Numbered from the stretch's first letter, positions 8,165 through 17,864 are shown. The stretch: 35,356 nt of DNA from an uncultured Syntrophaceae bacterium (GCA_964537885.1 CAZIDC010000001.1:1-35356), one strand, 5' to 3'. The notes: generated from the letters alone by a model not told the origin. A program made the numbers and translations.

Positions 8165-9517
8165 TTATTCCGGTTTCCACATCTTCAGGAAGGCCGGGAT
8201 GTGGCCGGCTTCCCTCGGCCCGATAGAGATTTTCCAATCGGGTAATTCTTCCTCCAGCTCCCCGCTGATAACGGCTGCATAACCGGGGATGATCAGCTTG
8301 CGGTGTTTTACCTTATCGGCGATCCCGCACTTTTTCACGAAGGGAGCAATGAGGTCGGCGCTGAACTTGCCCGCCGCCCATGCGGTCATGACCGACAATC
8401 CTTCCGTGTCCTTGACTAAAAGCCAGCAGGGTACACGGCTGCCTTCGATCTCTCCCGAAACGATGAAATAAGTCAATGAGAAGTTGGAGGTAATCAGAAC
8501 GGGGGAGTTCTCGCCCGGCCCGCCAATTTCGTATATTCCTTCGCTCGTGGCCATCGGCCGCTGCGGGTCGGTGTAGAGGTTCATCCGCTCCAGCAGGATC
8601 GGGAAAAGGCTATGGCCATCGATGTCCGAAAGAACCACGAGTCCGCCGTATTTGGCCACGAAGAGAGATGCCAGGAGCGCCTCTTTCATCGGATCGTCGG
8701 TCATCTCGCAGGGGAAGGTAATCGTCGGGAAACCTAAAGGGCGGAACTTTTTAACCAGTGCCGCCCGCCGGATGACAATCTGATCCTCCAGGGCCTTGCG
8801 GGTCGTTCGCGCCCCGGAATCCAGCACCAAGTCTTTCAGACCGGCCGCGGTCAATTTGTTGGTCAGCTCGACCAGCTCGTCCAGGCTTTTCCCCTTGACG
8901 GCGAGAGGCGCGGCAATCTCTTTGGCTAACTGGGCCATGGGCTCGGCATTCGCTTGGGTCGCGGCATAAAGCAGCGGTTTGCGGTCGGCGCAGGCTCTGG
9001 CCCCGGCCCCAAGGACCTTGGGGTCTTCGCTCATTAAAACCATCCCTTTGCCGTTAACCTTTTCTTTCACTTTTTTCACAAAGGCTTCGAATGCGGCCGG
9101 GTCCCCCGATTCTCCCTTGAGGGCCACGAGGTCGGCTTGCAGCGTCAGCCCTACCCGCTCGAACTTCAATTCCCTCAGTTTCTTCAGGCGTCCCTCTACT
9201 TCGGCATCGCTCATCTTGTCCGAAACAAGAACCGCAATCCCCGTAGGGTTGACGAAACGTTTTTCGTGGCGGAACATGACGGTCTCGCCGCCGATCTTCA
9301 ATGCCTTATCTCCAGTGCCAATGGTCAAGGGGCGAATGGGGGGCGCGGAAGCCTCTTCCAATGCCGCTTTGGCCTCTTCGGATACATGGGGACACGCGGA
9401 TAGCTCCGCCTGCCCGGCGGCTAACTTCATGGCAAAGGCGAGGCAGGTGGGCACGCCGCACTCTCCGCAGTTGGTCTTCGGAAGCTTTTTGAATATCTCA
9501 ATTCCTGTCAGGGCCAT
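8165..9517 (-). CDS. acsC: Corrinoid iron-sulfur protein, large subunit
   Basis: 450 aa. N-terminal 4Fe-4S motif CGECGVPTCLAFAMKL ... ACPH. The size matches AcsC. AAGGAG Shine-Dalgarno. Confidence 0.93.
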   Translation of the reverse strand: MALTGIEIFKKLPKTNCGECGVPTCLAFAMKLAAGQAELSACPHVSEEAKAALEEASAPPIRPLTIGTGDKALKIGGETVMFRHEKRFVNPTGIAVLVSDKMSDAEVEGRLKKLRELKFERVGLTLQADLVALKGESGDPAAFEAFVKKVKEKVNGKGMVLMSEDPKVLGAGARACADRKPLLYAATQANAEPMAQLAKEIAAPLAVKGKSLDELVELTNKLTAAGLKDLVLDSGARTTRKALEDQIVIRRAALVKKFRPLGFPTITFPCEMTDDPMKEALLASLFVAKYGGLVVLSDIDGHSLFPILLERMNLYTDPQRPMATSEGIYEIGGPGENSPVLITSNFSLTYFIVSGEIEGSRVPCWLLVKDTEGLSVMTAWAAGKFSADLIAPFVKKCGIADKVKHRKLIIPGYAAVISGELEEELPDWKISIGPREAGHIPAFLKMWKPE

Positions 9518-9537
9518 ATCTCACTCCTTTTCTTAAA

Positions 9538-9620
9538 GCGATCAGCAGTCAGCTATCAGCTCTCAGCGAAATTAAAAATTTATTTCTTGCTGATCGCTGA
9601 CTGCTGATGGCTGATTGCTG
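9538..9620. repeat. Inverted heptad-array element, family A
   Basis: Left arm is gcgaTCAGCagTCAGCtaTCAGCtcTCAGCgaaa. Right arm is tttcttGCTGAtcGCTGActGCTGAtgGCTGAttgctg. It is followed by T7, which overlaps the acsB TGA. Confidence 0.9.
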
Positions 9621-9626
9621 TTTTTT

Positions 9627-11837
9627 TCAAAACAATGACGGCAGGGAAAGCGCCGGGTGGCCTTTTTCCGTCAGGAAGGGAAGAATCTCGTCTTCCGTCG
9701 TCCCGATCGTCTCATCAGCGATCATCTCCGGGAAGTTGGGGATGCCGATTCCCTCCGCCAGCTTCTTCAGACGGTCCATGATCTCCTCTTTGAGCATTTT
9801 GGGCATCCACACCAAGCGTTTGATGCCCCCCTCGGCCATGATGAACTTCTTGCTGCAGATATAATGTTTACTGTGCCCGACAAAACCCGGCGTTACCGAT
9901 CCGCCGCCAACAGAGCCGGCCAGGGTCGTGAACTTCATCCCGCAGGGGGTCATGCCGGTATAGTCCCGGTTAACGGTCATAATCCCGTTGCACATGGGCA
10001 GCACCGCGGCGATGCACTCGAAACAGCCGCAGGAAGTCATCGGGTCCACCATAATGCTGTAGGCATTGTACTTTTCCAGTTTTTGGCGGGAGGCCTTGAA
10101 AACAAAATCATTGACCCCTTTCCACTGCCCCAGAACTGGGTCAATCACTTCACCCTTGACCACGGGCTGGTTCGGTCCCGTGGGGTTGATCTCGTTGGAG
10201 GCTTTGCCGTCCAGCCAGTTGTAGGCTCCGCAAAGCCCCGTGCGCTCCGGAGTGATGATGCAAACGTGGGTTGGGGCAAAGGACTGGCAGAGCGTGCAGG
10301 AGTAGAAAGTCTCTTCGGACTCGTCGGTCATCCCTTCGATACGGGCATCGCGCTTCTGGTAGACTTTGCGGGCCTGTTCCAGAATCTCCTTCACCTTCTT
10401 TTCCTCGGTATAGATCTTCACCTGCACTTTGTCGAAGATCGATCCGAAGTCCTGGTGGTATTTGGCGTGGAGGATATCCCCTATATGCCTCAGGGTAAAC
10501 CCTTTTTCCACGGCCCCCTTGCCGATGCGGACCCAGGCGATATCCCGCTGCCCGATATGCATCAGCCCCTGGGCATAGTTGACCAGATGGTGGATCTGCC
10601 GTTCCAGGATGGGTTCAAAATCCTCCTGCATCTGCCGGCCGGCCACTTCGGCCACGATGGCCAGGGGAAGTTTGGCCGGGGGCGTTACATCCTTGATGTC
10701 CGGGCCGATGACTTCGACTTTTCCGTCCTCTACCTCATTCATACCTTTGGTTGTGGTCCATTCACAGGCGATGGATCGCCCACCGCCGCACTCTAAGTAA
10801 ATATCTTCTCCCCGGATGCGCTCCCCCTCAAAAGCCGGGCCATAAGCCACGGGGACATTCACGGTGGAAACCGACACCTTGAGGCCTCGAACTTCGATGG
10901 ATTTCTGAGGCATCTCCCGATGGAGCACGTTGGCTACCACGTGCTCATAAGTGCATACCCCGGTGGGTAAAATTTCGGGAATGTCCGTATCGGCTATGGT
11001 CGGAAAGCCCCAGTTCACGCATCCAGCGGCATTGGCGGCCCACTCGGCATTCACTTCCCCCAGGGCGTTAACAAAGGCAAAGATCCGGTCTTTATTATAT
11101 AAAAGGATCTTTCGATAATCCCCCGGTTTTACCCCTCCGAAAGCCATGGCCGCCCGGTTGGCAAAACCCAGGGCAAAGACCGCGGCGGAGATATCCGGGC
11201 CAAAAGGAACCAGGCGGGTATTCCACCCGATCTGCACCCCGGCCTGTAAGAGCTGTTCGGAAAAGGTGGTCCCGTTCTGGTTAGCCGCCATAAATACGTA
11301 GAGGTTCTTTTTCTGATATTCCTCGGCAATCCATTTGGCCGTCTCGGGGTCCGGGGCGGCGCCGACAATGGCGGCAAAGCCCGGTGCTGTTCCATCGACA
11401 AACTGGATTCCCCGTTTGCGAAAGACCGTATCTTCGGCGGCCCCGAGCCAGATTTTTCCCCCCGCTTCGTCAATCTCCTCGCTCACCAAGTAAAAGCCGG
11501 GGTCCTCCACATAACGGATGGCCTCGACAATCTCCTCGGCCAGAATTGCGGCCATCCCGGCATCCAAGAGCGGACCCAGGAAGGGCAGGTGATGAACATT
11601 TTTAACATGGGGCGGTAAGAGTTTCCTGATAATCTCCAGGGGCTTTTTGGCATCCCCCAAAGTCTTTACCGCAATACCCAGGACAGAATAGATAATGGGC
11701 AGGTAATAGGCGGTGTTGGGAAACTCCAACTTCTGATCCGGGCCATATTTTGCCAGGGCCTTTTTATAGGTTCCTTCGGCTTTGGAAACGATATTGTAGG
11801 CGCCCTGAATGGCGGCAAAAGCAACTAACTTGGACAT
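9627..11837 (-). CDS. acsB: Acetyl-CoA synthase (A-cluster subunit), full-length bacterial type
   Basis: 736 aa. A-cluster ligands SCTLCQSFAPTHVCIITPERTGLCGA and TSCGCFEC (Cys-Gly-Cys). AAGGAGG Shine-Dalgarno. Confidence 0.95.
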   Translation of the reverse strand: MSKLVAFAAIQGAYNIVSKAEGTYKKALAKYGPDQKLEFPNTAYYLPIIYSVLGIAVKTLGDAKKPLEIIRKLLPPHVKNVHHLPFLGPLLDAGMAAILAEEIVEAIRYVEDPGFYLVSEEIDEAGGKIWLGAAEDTVFRKRGIQFVDGTAPGFAAIVGAAPDPETAKWIAEEYQKKNLYVFMAANQNGTTFSEQLLQAGVQIGWNTRLVPFGPDISAAVFALGFANRAAMAFGGVKPGDYRKILLYNKDRIFAFVNALGEVNAEWAANAAGCVNWGFPTIADTDIPEILPTGVCTYEHVVANVLHREMPQKSIEVRGLKVSVSTVNVPVAYGPAFEGERIRGEDIYLECGGGRSIACEWTTTKGMNEVEDGKVEVIGPDIKDVTPPAKLPLAIVAEVAGRQMQEDFEPILERQIHHLVNYAQGLMHIGQRDIAWVRIGKGAVEKGFTLRHIGDILHAKYHQDFGSIFDKVQVKIYTEEKKVKEILEQARKVYQKRDARIEGMTDESEETFYSCTLCQSFAPTHVCIITPERTGLCGAYNWLDGKASNEINPTGPNQPVVKGEVIDPVLGQWKGVNDFVFKASRQKLEKYNAYSIMVDPMTSCGCFECIAAVLPMCNGIMTVNRDYTGMTPCGMKFTTLAGSVGGGSVTPGFVGHSKHYICSKKFIMAEGGIKRLVWMPKMLKEEIMDRLKKLAEGIGIPNFPEMIADETIGTTEDEILPFLTEKGHPALSLPSLF

Positions 11838-11878
11838 GAATCATCCTCCTTTTAGGAATCGTTATGGGTCTTTTAGAT

Positions 11879-13921
11879 TTACACTGCCGCCAGCTTCTGC
11901 CGGTCAGCCATATCCATGAGCACGCGCTCCCGAGCCTTATCAATCCCCAGAGCCTTGCGCTTAAGGTCGATGTGGGCAATCATCTTGCGAGCCATCTCAT
12001 AGGGGTCCTCGATTAAATCCCATTTGCCCCCGACGATTTTCTCTAACCCATTGAAGAGGTAATCCTTGAAGACCGGGGATCCTTCCACGGGGAGATTGAC
12101 CCCAAAGATCGTGTAAACTCCCGAGGCCACAAAATAATGCCCGATGGAAATGGCTTTTTCGCTCATCCATTCCGGGGCGCATCCGGCAGCGGGGAGATCG
12201 CTGATATCTTTTCCCAGACCGCCGGCCTTGACCACTTCGGTGGCGGCCATGAGGATGCGGCTATTGTCCACGCAGGATCCCATATGGAGGACGGGAGGGA
12301 TCCCTACCGTCTCGCAGACCTCGGCCAGCCCGGGGCCGCAATAAATGCGGGCCGCCTCGGGAACCAGGAGACCGGCCTTGCCGCAGGCCATGGCGTTACA
12401 GCCGGTGGTCAGGACGATAACATCATTTTTCAAAAGCTCCTTGACCACGATCAGGTGGGCGCTGTCATGCATGGTCCGGGCGTTGTTGCATCCCACTACT
12501 CCCCCAATCCCCCGGATCCGGCCATTGATGATATTGTCGTTCAAAGGAACGTAGGAGCCGCGGAAAGTTCCCCCAAGATGGTAATTAATGGCTTCATAAC
12601 TGAACCCCACCACCATCTTCTCCTTCTCTTTGGGGATCAGAACTTCGGCGCGACGGTTGGGGAAGTTATCGACGGCTATTTTCACAATCTTTTTGGCATC
12701 TTCCAGGGCGTGATGTTCGTCGAACTGGACATGCTCGGTTTTCCCCGAGGCAATCTTACAGCGGGTGTTGGTGGTGATCAGCTTGGTGTGATAGCAGGCA
12801 GCCACGTTGGCCAGGTTTTCCATAATGCATTGCACGTCCACCACCATCGCTTCCACCGCACCGGTAATAATCGCCAATTCCTGCTGGAGAAAGTTGCCGG
12901 CAATGGGCATGCCATGCCGCACCAGGATCTCATTAGCCGTACAGCACATCCCGGCCAGGACGATCCCTTTCGCTCCTTTTGAGGCAGCGTACTTCAGCAT
13001 TTCCGGATCTTGGGACGCCACCACGATCATCTCCGAAAGAAGCGGTTCATGACCGTGGACGATGATATTGACGTGATCTTTTTTTAGAACCCCGAGGTTG
13101 ATCTCACCATGAATGGGATAGGGAGTCCCGAAGAGGACGTCCTGCAGGTCGGTGGCAATCATCGATCCGGCCCAACCATCGGCTAATGCCGCCCTCGAGC
13201 ACTGCTTGACGATGTTCTGGTAATCCTGGTCCACGCCCATGTGGGTGCGGTGCATGATTTCCACGATCTCCCGGTCAATTCCCCGGGGGACGATATCCAG
13301 TTTCTTCCAAAGCTCATAACGGGGCTTCGGGGCGCGCCGGGCATAGTAGACCTCCCCTTCCTGTTTCCCCCATTCTCCAAGCGCTCTCTCCCCCACTTCC
13401 ACGGCAATTTCATGTATATCCCGGGGCTTCTCCACGCCGTCGACAAGCTCTGTAGTCGCCACATCAAAGTCTTCGGCAATCTTCCGCAACTTGACTTCGT
13501 CTTTGATCTGATAATCCGGGGTTTGTTTACGGGCTGCCGCTAAGAACACTTCGGCAACGCCCCGGCCATGATCGGAATGGGCAGCCGCACCGGCGGCGAC
13601 CATGCGGGCGAAATTGCGGGCGGCAATGGTCTCGGGAGTTGCTCCGCAAAGCCCTTTGCGCATATCCTTTCCTTCCAAATCTTTCTTGGTTAGAGGAAGA
13701 CGACAGGGTCCTTGGGCGCACATCTTACAGCAAGTCCCCTGAATCCCGATGTTACAGGCTTTCATGGTCTCAGCCCGGTCAAAGATCGTTTCGACTCCCT
13801 CGGCCTGAGCTTTGTATAACATCTGAATCGTGGAAGAATCCACGCTCTTTTCCTCTGGTTTTATCGGTTTTTTCTCTTTTTCCATGACCTGCAATTTCCC
13901 TTTAGTCTCTTCTGCTGCCAT
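11879..13921 (-). CDS. acsA: Carbon monoxide dehydrogenase catalytic subunit
   Basis: 680 aa. N-terminal Cys cluster GTCCKMCAQGPCRL, with the size and context of AcsA/CooS. AAGGAGG Shine-Dalgarno. Confidence 0.95.
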   Translation of the reverse strand: MAAEETKGKLQVMEKEKKPIKPEEKSVDSSTIQMLYKAQAEGVETIFDRAETMKACNIGIQGTCCKMCAQGPCRLPLTKKDLEGKDMRKGLCGATPETIAARNFARMVAAGAAAHSDHGRGVAEVFLAAARKQTPDYQIKDEVKLRKIAEDFDVATTELVDGVEKPRDIHEIAVEVGERALGEWGKQEGEVYYARRAPKPRYELWKKLDIVPRGIDREIVEIMHRTHMGVDQDYQNIVKQCSRAALADGWAGSMIATDLQDVLFGTPYPIHGEINLGVLKKDHVNIIVHGHEPLLSEMIVVASQDPEMLKYAASKGAKGIVLAGMCCTANEILVRHGMPIAGNFLQQELAIITGAVEAMVVDVQCIMENLANVAACYHTKLITTNTRCKIASGKTEHVQFDEHHALEDAKKIVKIAVDNFPNRRAEVLIPKEKEKMVVGFSYEAINYHLGGTFRGSYVPLNDNIINGRIRGIGGVVGCNNARTMHDSAHLIVVKELLKNDVIVLTTGCNAMACGKAGLLVPEAARIYCGPGLAEVCETVGIPPVLHMGSCVDNSRILMAATEVVKAGGLGKDISDLPAAGCAPEWMSEKAISIGHYFVASGVYTIFGVNLPVEGSPVFKDYLFNGLEKIVGGKWDLIEDPYEMARKMIAHIDLKRKALGIDKARERVLMDMADRQKLAAV

Positions 13922-13960
13922 CCTGTTTTCCTCCTTGCTTGACTGGCAACCGCCAGCGAT

Positions 13961-14902
13961 TCAATTCGCCATAAGTTCCGCGATTAACTCCCGAACCAGT
14001 TTTATAGCTTCGGGATGTCTCATCACCAATATATCCGCCCCGGCCATCAAAAGGATAACCCCGGTGATGGCCTCCATCAGAATGCCCCTCTTCTTGGCGT
14101 CCCCGAGATGCGGGGCGTCTTCCGTCTTTAACTTGGCCTCTTTGGCCTTCCAGACTTCTTTGGCCATATTGCAGAGGAGGGGAAACTGCAGCCTCTCATC
14201 CTGTTGAGTCAGGGCGGCCATGCGGTCTCGTTCCATTACCGAATAGGTATATTCGATCCCATACCCCAGACCCCCAGTTGTGGGATCCACTAAAATCTGG
14301 GCGTCCGGCACCCCAAGATTTCCCAGGAGAACATTCAACTGCTTCGCCAGGTTGACATCGATGGGAGTGGAAGCGATGAGCGTGTGTTTGTAGCCAATCG
14401 CCCCGGCGCCGATTTGTTTGTAGTTTTTCTCCCCCACCGGCCCGATAACCAGGTTTTTCCCAGCACAAAGCTCCGAAACCCGCCGCAGGGTTTCGGCATC
14501 CTTTTCATCGTTGCCACAGCCCCATACGATCAAAGGGACGTCCACGGCATCCGCAACTTTTTTGGCGATCATGGCCGCTTCTTCAAAAGGCCGGTTTAAC
14601 CCATTGGGATCCGTGCTGGCTAACTGCAAACAGATCATTTCTGCCCCGAAAGTATTTATGCACTTCTGAGCCCAGGCTACAGGATCTTGAACCACATCCT
14701 TGAAAGGTTCAAGAGCGGCCTCGGCCCAGTCTTCCGGCTGGGCATCGTATATTTCCATTGCGATTCTCGGCGGATGGGGCATCTGGCCTTCAAAAAGGTA
14801 AAAGGGATACATGGTTTCCCCGCCTATGGTCAGAGCCTTCCCCCCTGCCCCCACAGTGACCTCTTTGATCTTTCCTGTATAACTCATTTTTGGTATTTCC
14901 AC
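13961..14902 (-). CDS. acsD: Corrinoid iron-sulfur protein, small subunit
   Basis: 313-aa TIM-barrel-like sequence in the AcsD position. The start is a GTG at 14902, 5-6 nt after GGAGGG. The alternative ATG at 14887 lies too far from the Shine-Dalgarno. Confidence 0.88.
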   Translation of the reverse strand: MEIPKMSYTGKIKEVTVGAGGKALTIGGETMYPFYLFEGQMPHPPRIAMEIYDAQPEDWAEAALEPFKDVVQDPVAWAQKCINTFGAEMICLQLASTDPNGLNRPFEEAAMIAKKVADAVDVPLIVWGCGNDEKDAETLRRVSELCAGKNLVIGPVGEKNYKQIGAGAIGYKHTLIASTPIDVNLAKQLNVLLGNLGVPDAQILVDPTTGGLGYGIEYTYSVMERDRMAALTQQDERLQFPLLCNMAKEVWKAKEAKLKTEDAPHLGDAKKRGILMEAITGVILLMAGADILVMRHPEAIKLVRELIAELMAN

Positions 14903-15078
14903 AGCTCCCTCCCTGAAAGACAGTGTTTGTTATTCGTATCAGTGGCTAAATAATGCCTTTTTCTCCAGACTCTTGGTCAATGATCCTCCCCCTTTCTGAA
15001 AAAGATTAGTGTAAAGTGTTGAGCGTCAAATTTTTTAACAGATTTTTATTTCCAAATATCGGCCTATATCCTATTTTC

Positions 15079-15837
15079 CTAAACCCGGATCATCTTCTCC
15101 ATCATCCCCGCGACCCTCTCCACAGCGGGCGACTCCTCGGGAAGATCTAAAAGAGACTTCCCTTGAAGATCATACTCAAAGATCGTGTTGTCCACCGGGA
15201 TGATCCCCAATAATTCCACTCCTTGTTTCTGAATCTCCTGCTGAAACCCGGCCGCGAGCTCCCCGGGCGCCCGGTCAACGACTAAGTGCTTCTCTTTTAC
15301 GGCCAGCTTCAGATCCGCAATCAGCTCCCGGATCTTGCCTACGGTGCGGATCCCTTTTATCGAATAATCCGAAAGGAAAAGCAAGTGGTCCACCCCCTGG
15401 GTTGTCCGGCGGCTCAAATGCTCCATCCCCGCTTCATTGTCCATAACCACAAAAGGATAATTCTTGGCCAGCTGGTCAATGTGCCGGCGAAGAATGTTGT
15501 TGGCGTAGCAATAGCAACCCGGTCCTTCGGGCCGTCCCATGACTAATAGGTCCAGGCCCGGGGACTCGACCAGGGTTTCATGCACCTTCATCTCTAAATA
15601 GGTCTCTTTGGCCATTCCCGGGGGCAGATTCATCTTGGATTCAAAAAATTCCTCCCGGGCCCCCCCCAGGCTCTTCTCGGCGTTAAGGCCCAGAGCGTCC
15701 GCCAGGTTGGCGTTGGGGTCCGCATCCACCGCCAGAATCGGCCCACAGCCTTTCTTCTTGAGGTACCGGATGACGAGGGCGGAAAGAGTCGTCTTCCCCG
15801 TTCCCCCCTTCCCGGCCACGGCAATTACCTGAGTCAT
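15079..15837 (-). CDS. cooC: CooC/AcsF-type nickel-insertion ATPase (copy 2)
   Basis: Walker A GKGGTGKTT and CxC motif GPGCYCYANN. The track ORF starts at a TTG at 15849. I prefer the ATG at 15837 (MTQVIAVAGKGG). Confidence 0.88.
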   Translation of the reverse strand: MTQVIAVAGKGGTGKTTLSALVIRYLKKKGCGPILAVDADPNANLADALGLNAEKSLGGAREEFFESKMNLPPGMAKETYLEMKVHETLVESPGLDLLVMGRPEGPGCYCYANNILRRHIDQLAKNYPFVVMDNEAGMEHLSRRTTQGVDHLLFLSDYSIKGIRTVGKIRELIADLKLAVKEKHLVVDRAPGELAAGFQQEIQKQGVELLGIIPVDNTIFEYDLQGKSLLDLPEESPAVERVAGMMEKMIRV

Positions 15838-15848
15838 TAAAGTACCCA

Positions 15849-15914
15849 AAGTGTGAAAGTGTTAGTGTGAGTTTAAAAAAATATTACTGACACTGACACT
15901 CACACTAATCACTG
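15849..15914. repeat. Inverted short-period array element, family D (core AGTGT / ACACT, period 6-7)
   Basis: Left arm is aagtgtgaaagtgttagtgtgagt. Right arm is actgacactgacactcacactaatcactg. The RACo stop codon lies inside the right arm. Confidence 0.8.
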
Positions 15915-17864
15915 TTTTAATCTCTGGCTCACCCCGGGAAACTCCGCGCCGTTCGTATGGGGCAAAAATAGAGCCGCTATGTAGTTATCCATAAAACCGG
16001 GGCTTTCGCTCAATTCGACATTGGTCATCATCCGGGAAATCCGCTCCCCATCGTCGAGCATCTCGTTGCAAAACGAGATGAGCCTTGCTCCCAAGAGGGA
16101 GCCGTTGCCGATAAATAGAAAACGGTCTGGCGGCAGCTCCGGCAGGAGCCCGATGGTAATGGCCCGCTCAACGTCGATGAACGAGCCGAAGGCCCCGGCA
16201 ATGACGACCTGTTCCAAATTCCCGATGGCCAGCCCAACGGATTGCAGCAGGGTCGCGTAACCGGCGTACATGGCCGCCTTGGCGCGAATGAGGTTGTCGA
16301 TGTCCACTTCCGTGATGACGACGTCCGCTCCGGTGGCCGTGTCCTCCCCGTAGGCCAGGACGTATTCCATCCCGTCCGGCCCCGGGCGGATGCGCCGGGT
16401 AGGCAGGTCGGTGTCAAATTTTCCGTTGGGCGAGATTACGCCGGCTTCTAAAAACTCAGCCACCATATTGATCAACCCCGATCCGCAAATTCCTTTGGGT
16501 TTAACCATGCCAATCGTCAGGAGCATGGGCTCAAAGGAATTGGAGTCAAGCCGAAAGTCTTCGATCGCTCCCAGGGTGGCCCGCATTCCGTGTTTGATCC
16601 CCCCGCCTTCAAAAGCCGGCCCGGCCGAGCAGGCCGCGGTAACCATCCAGTCCGCATTGCCGATGACGATCTCGCCGTTGGTTCCGATGTCGATGTATAA
16701 AGTCAGGGGTTTGCGCTGGTAGATCCCTGAACCCAGGATGCCGGATACGATGTCTCCCCCCACATAGGACGCCACCGAGGGAAACGTATAAAGATGAACA
16801 TGCTCGCCCACCTCCAGCCCCAGGTTCACGGCCCGGACCGGAGGGATGAAGTTGGCCACCGGTGTATAAGGGGATTCCCGGATATATTTCGGATCCAGCC
16901 CTAAAAGAAGATGGGTCATGACGGTATTCCCCGCGGCGGTCATGTGCGATACCCTGGATAAATCGGTTCCTGACTTGGCGGCCAGCTCCCGGACAATTCC
17001 ATTGATCGTTCCGATGGCGCTCTCCTGCAGCTTTTTCAATCCTCCCGGCTTTTGGGAATAGACGATCCGGCTGATGACGTCGTCCCCGAACTGGATCTGG
17101 GAATTATAATCCGAAGCCTCCGCCAGGGTTTTTCTATTGTTTAAATCCAGGAGCTGCCCCCAAACGCTGGTCGTTCCCACATCCAGCACGATGGAATAAT
17201 GCTCCGGGGCGGTATCTCCCGGTTCCAGGTTGATCAGCTTCACCCGCCTGGAGCCGCGCAACTGGTACTCCCCAAGCTGGGATTCCATCCTCGTCTGCAC
17301 TAAGGTAGCGGTTACTTTCCAGCCGGCTTCTCTCAGAATAAAAGGCAACTTTTTGAGGAGCCGCGAGTCCACCGAAATCCCTTCATGGCCATGGGTCTTT
17401 TTTATCGCCAGGAGCAGGCGGGAAAGGTCCGAACGGTTATCCTTGATCGTTGGCGGATCCATTCCCACGTAGTGCTTGCGCAGAGCCGGGTTGAAGCACC
17501 AGCCCAGGACTAAAGATTCCAGCTCCTGGTGGGAAACTTTCCGGCCGGCGCCGACCCGCCCCCGGGTTCGGGCGATTACCCGTTTATCCAGCGAGGATTC
17601 AATCGGAACAAGGACCTCTAAGTCGCTCAGGATGCGGGTCTGGCAGGCCTGGCGGGTGCCCCCGCGAAATTCTTCTTCGGAGACGTTTGGTCCTCGGGGG
17701 CCCTCCGTCTCACCCTTCTCCACCAGCACCCGGCATTTGCCGCAGACACCCTCCCCCCCGCAGGAAGCCTGGATGTAAACCCCCGCTTCCATCGCCGCCC
17801 TGAGCAAGTTCTCTCCTTTGGCGACTTGAATCTCCCGGTTGTGAGGTTGAAAACGAACAAGCAT
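15909..17864 (-). CDS. acsV: Reductive activator of corrinoid protein (RACo/AcsV-type): 2Fe-2S ferredoxin domain plus ASKHA ATPase
   Basis: 651 aa. N-terminal plant-type ferredoxin motif SCGGEGVCGKCRV, then a long ASKHA-like body (DVGTTS, DIGTNGE). Its TGA stop is embedded in a repeat arm. Confidence 0.85.
   Translation of the reverse strand: MLVRFQPHNREIQVAKGENLLRAAMEAGVYIQASCGGEGVCGKCRVLVEKGETEGPRGPNVSEEEFRGGTRQACQTRILSDLEVLVPIESSLDKRVIARTRGRVGAGRKVSHQELESLVLGWCFNPALRKHYVGMDPPTIKDNRSDLSRLLLAIKKTHGHEGISVDSRLLKKLPFILREAGWKVTATLVQTRMESQLGEYQLRGSRRVKLINLEPGDTAPEHYSIVLDVGTTSVWGQLLDLNNRKTLAEASDYNSQIQFGDDVISRIVYSQKPGGLKKLQESAIGTINGIVRELAAKSGTDLSRVSHMTAAGNTVMTHLLLGLDPKYIRESPYTPVANFIPPVRAVNLGLEVGEHVHLYTFPSVASYVGGDIVSGILGSGIYQRKPLTLYIDIGTNGEIVIGNADWMVTAACSAGPAFEGGGIKHGMRATLGAIEDFRLDSNSFEPMLLTIGMVKPKGICGSGLINMVAEFLEAGVISPNGKFDTDLPTRRIRPGPDGMEYVLAYGEDTATGADVVITEVDIDNLIRAKAAMYAGYATLLQSVGLAIGNLEQVVIAGAFGSFIDVERAITIGLLPELPPDRFLFIGNGSLLGARLISFCNEMLDDGERISRMMTNVELSESPGFMDNYIAALFLPHTNGAEFPGVSQRLKQ

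Noticed and set aside
4681-9620. Whether the short periodic repeats are CRISPR arrays.
   Set aside because: The repeat unit is only ~7 nt and there are no unique spacers of 25-40 nt. The arrays come in inverted pairs of 4-5 units, and no cas genes are in the window.
9538-9627. Reading the heptad elements as ordinary Rho-independent terminators of the operon genes.
   Set aside because: The U-run follows the hairpin only on the plus (antisense) strand. On the coding strand the element is preceded by an A-run and followed directly by the next gene's Shine-Dalgarno. Termination at every junction would also be incompatible with an operon. Antisense termination or mRNA processing and stability roles remain possible.
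9657-10796. Long plus-strand ORFs antisense to the real genes: 379 aa at 9657-10796, 311 aa at 1011-1946, 306 aa at 27388-28308, 281 aa at 12137-12982, and many shorter ones.
   Set aside because: Each lies entirely inside a minus-strand gene with unmistakable catalytic motifs. Their translations are the R/G/P/H/A-rich, motif-free sequences typical of antisense frames in GC-rich coding DNA. None has a Shine-Dalgarno.
13922-13960. A small hairpin, CTGGC-AACC-GCCAG, in the acsD-acsA spacer as a regulatory element.
   Set aside because: It has only a 5-bp stem in a 39-nt spacer that also has to hold the acsA Shine-Dalgarno. Nothing distinguishes it from chance.
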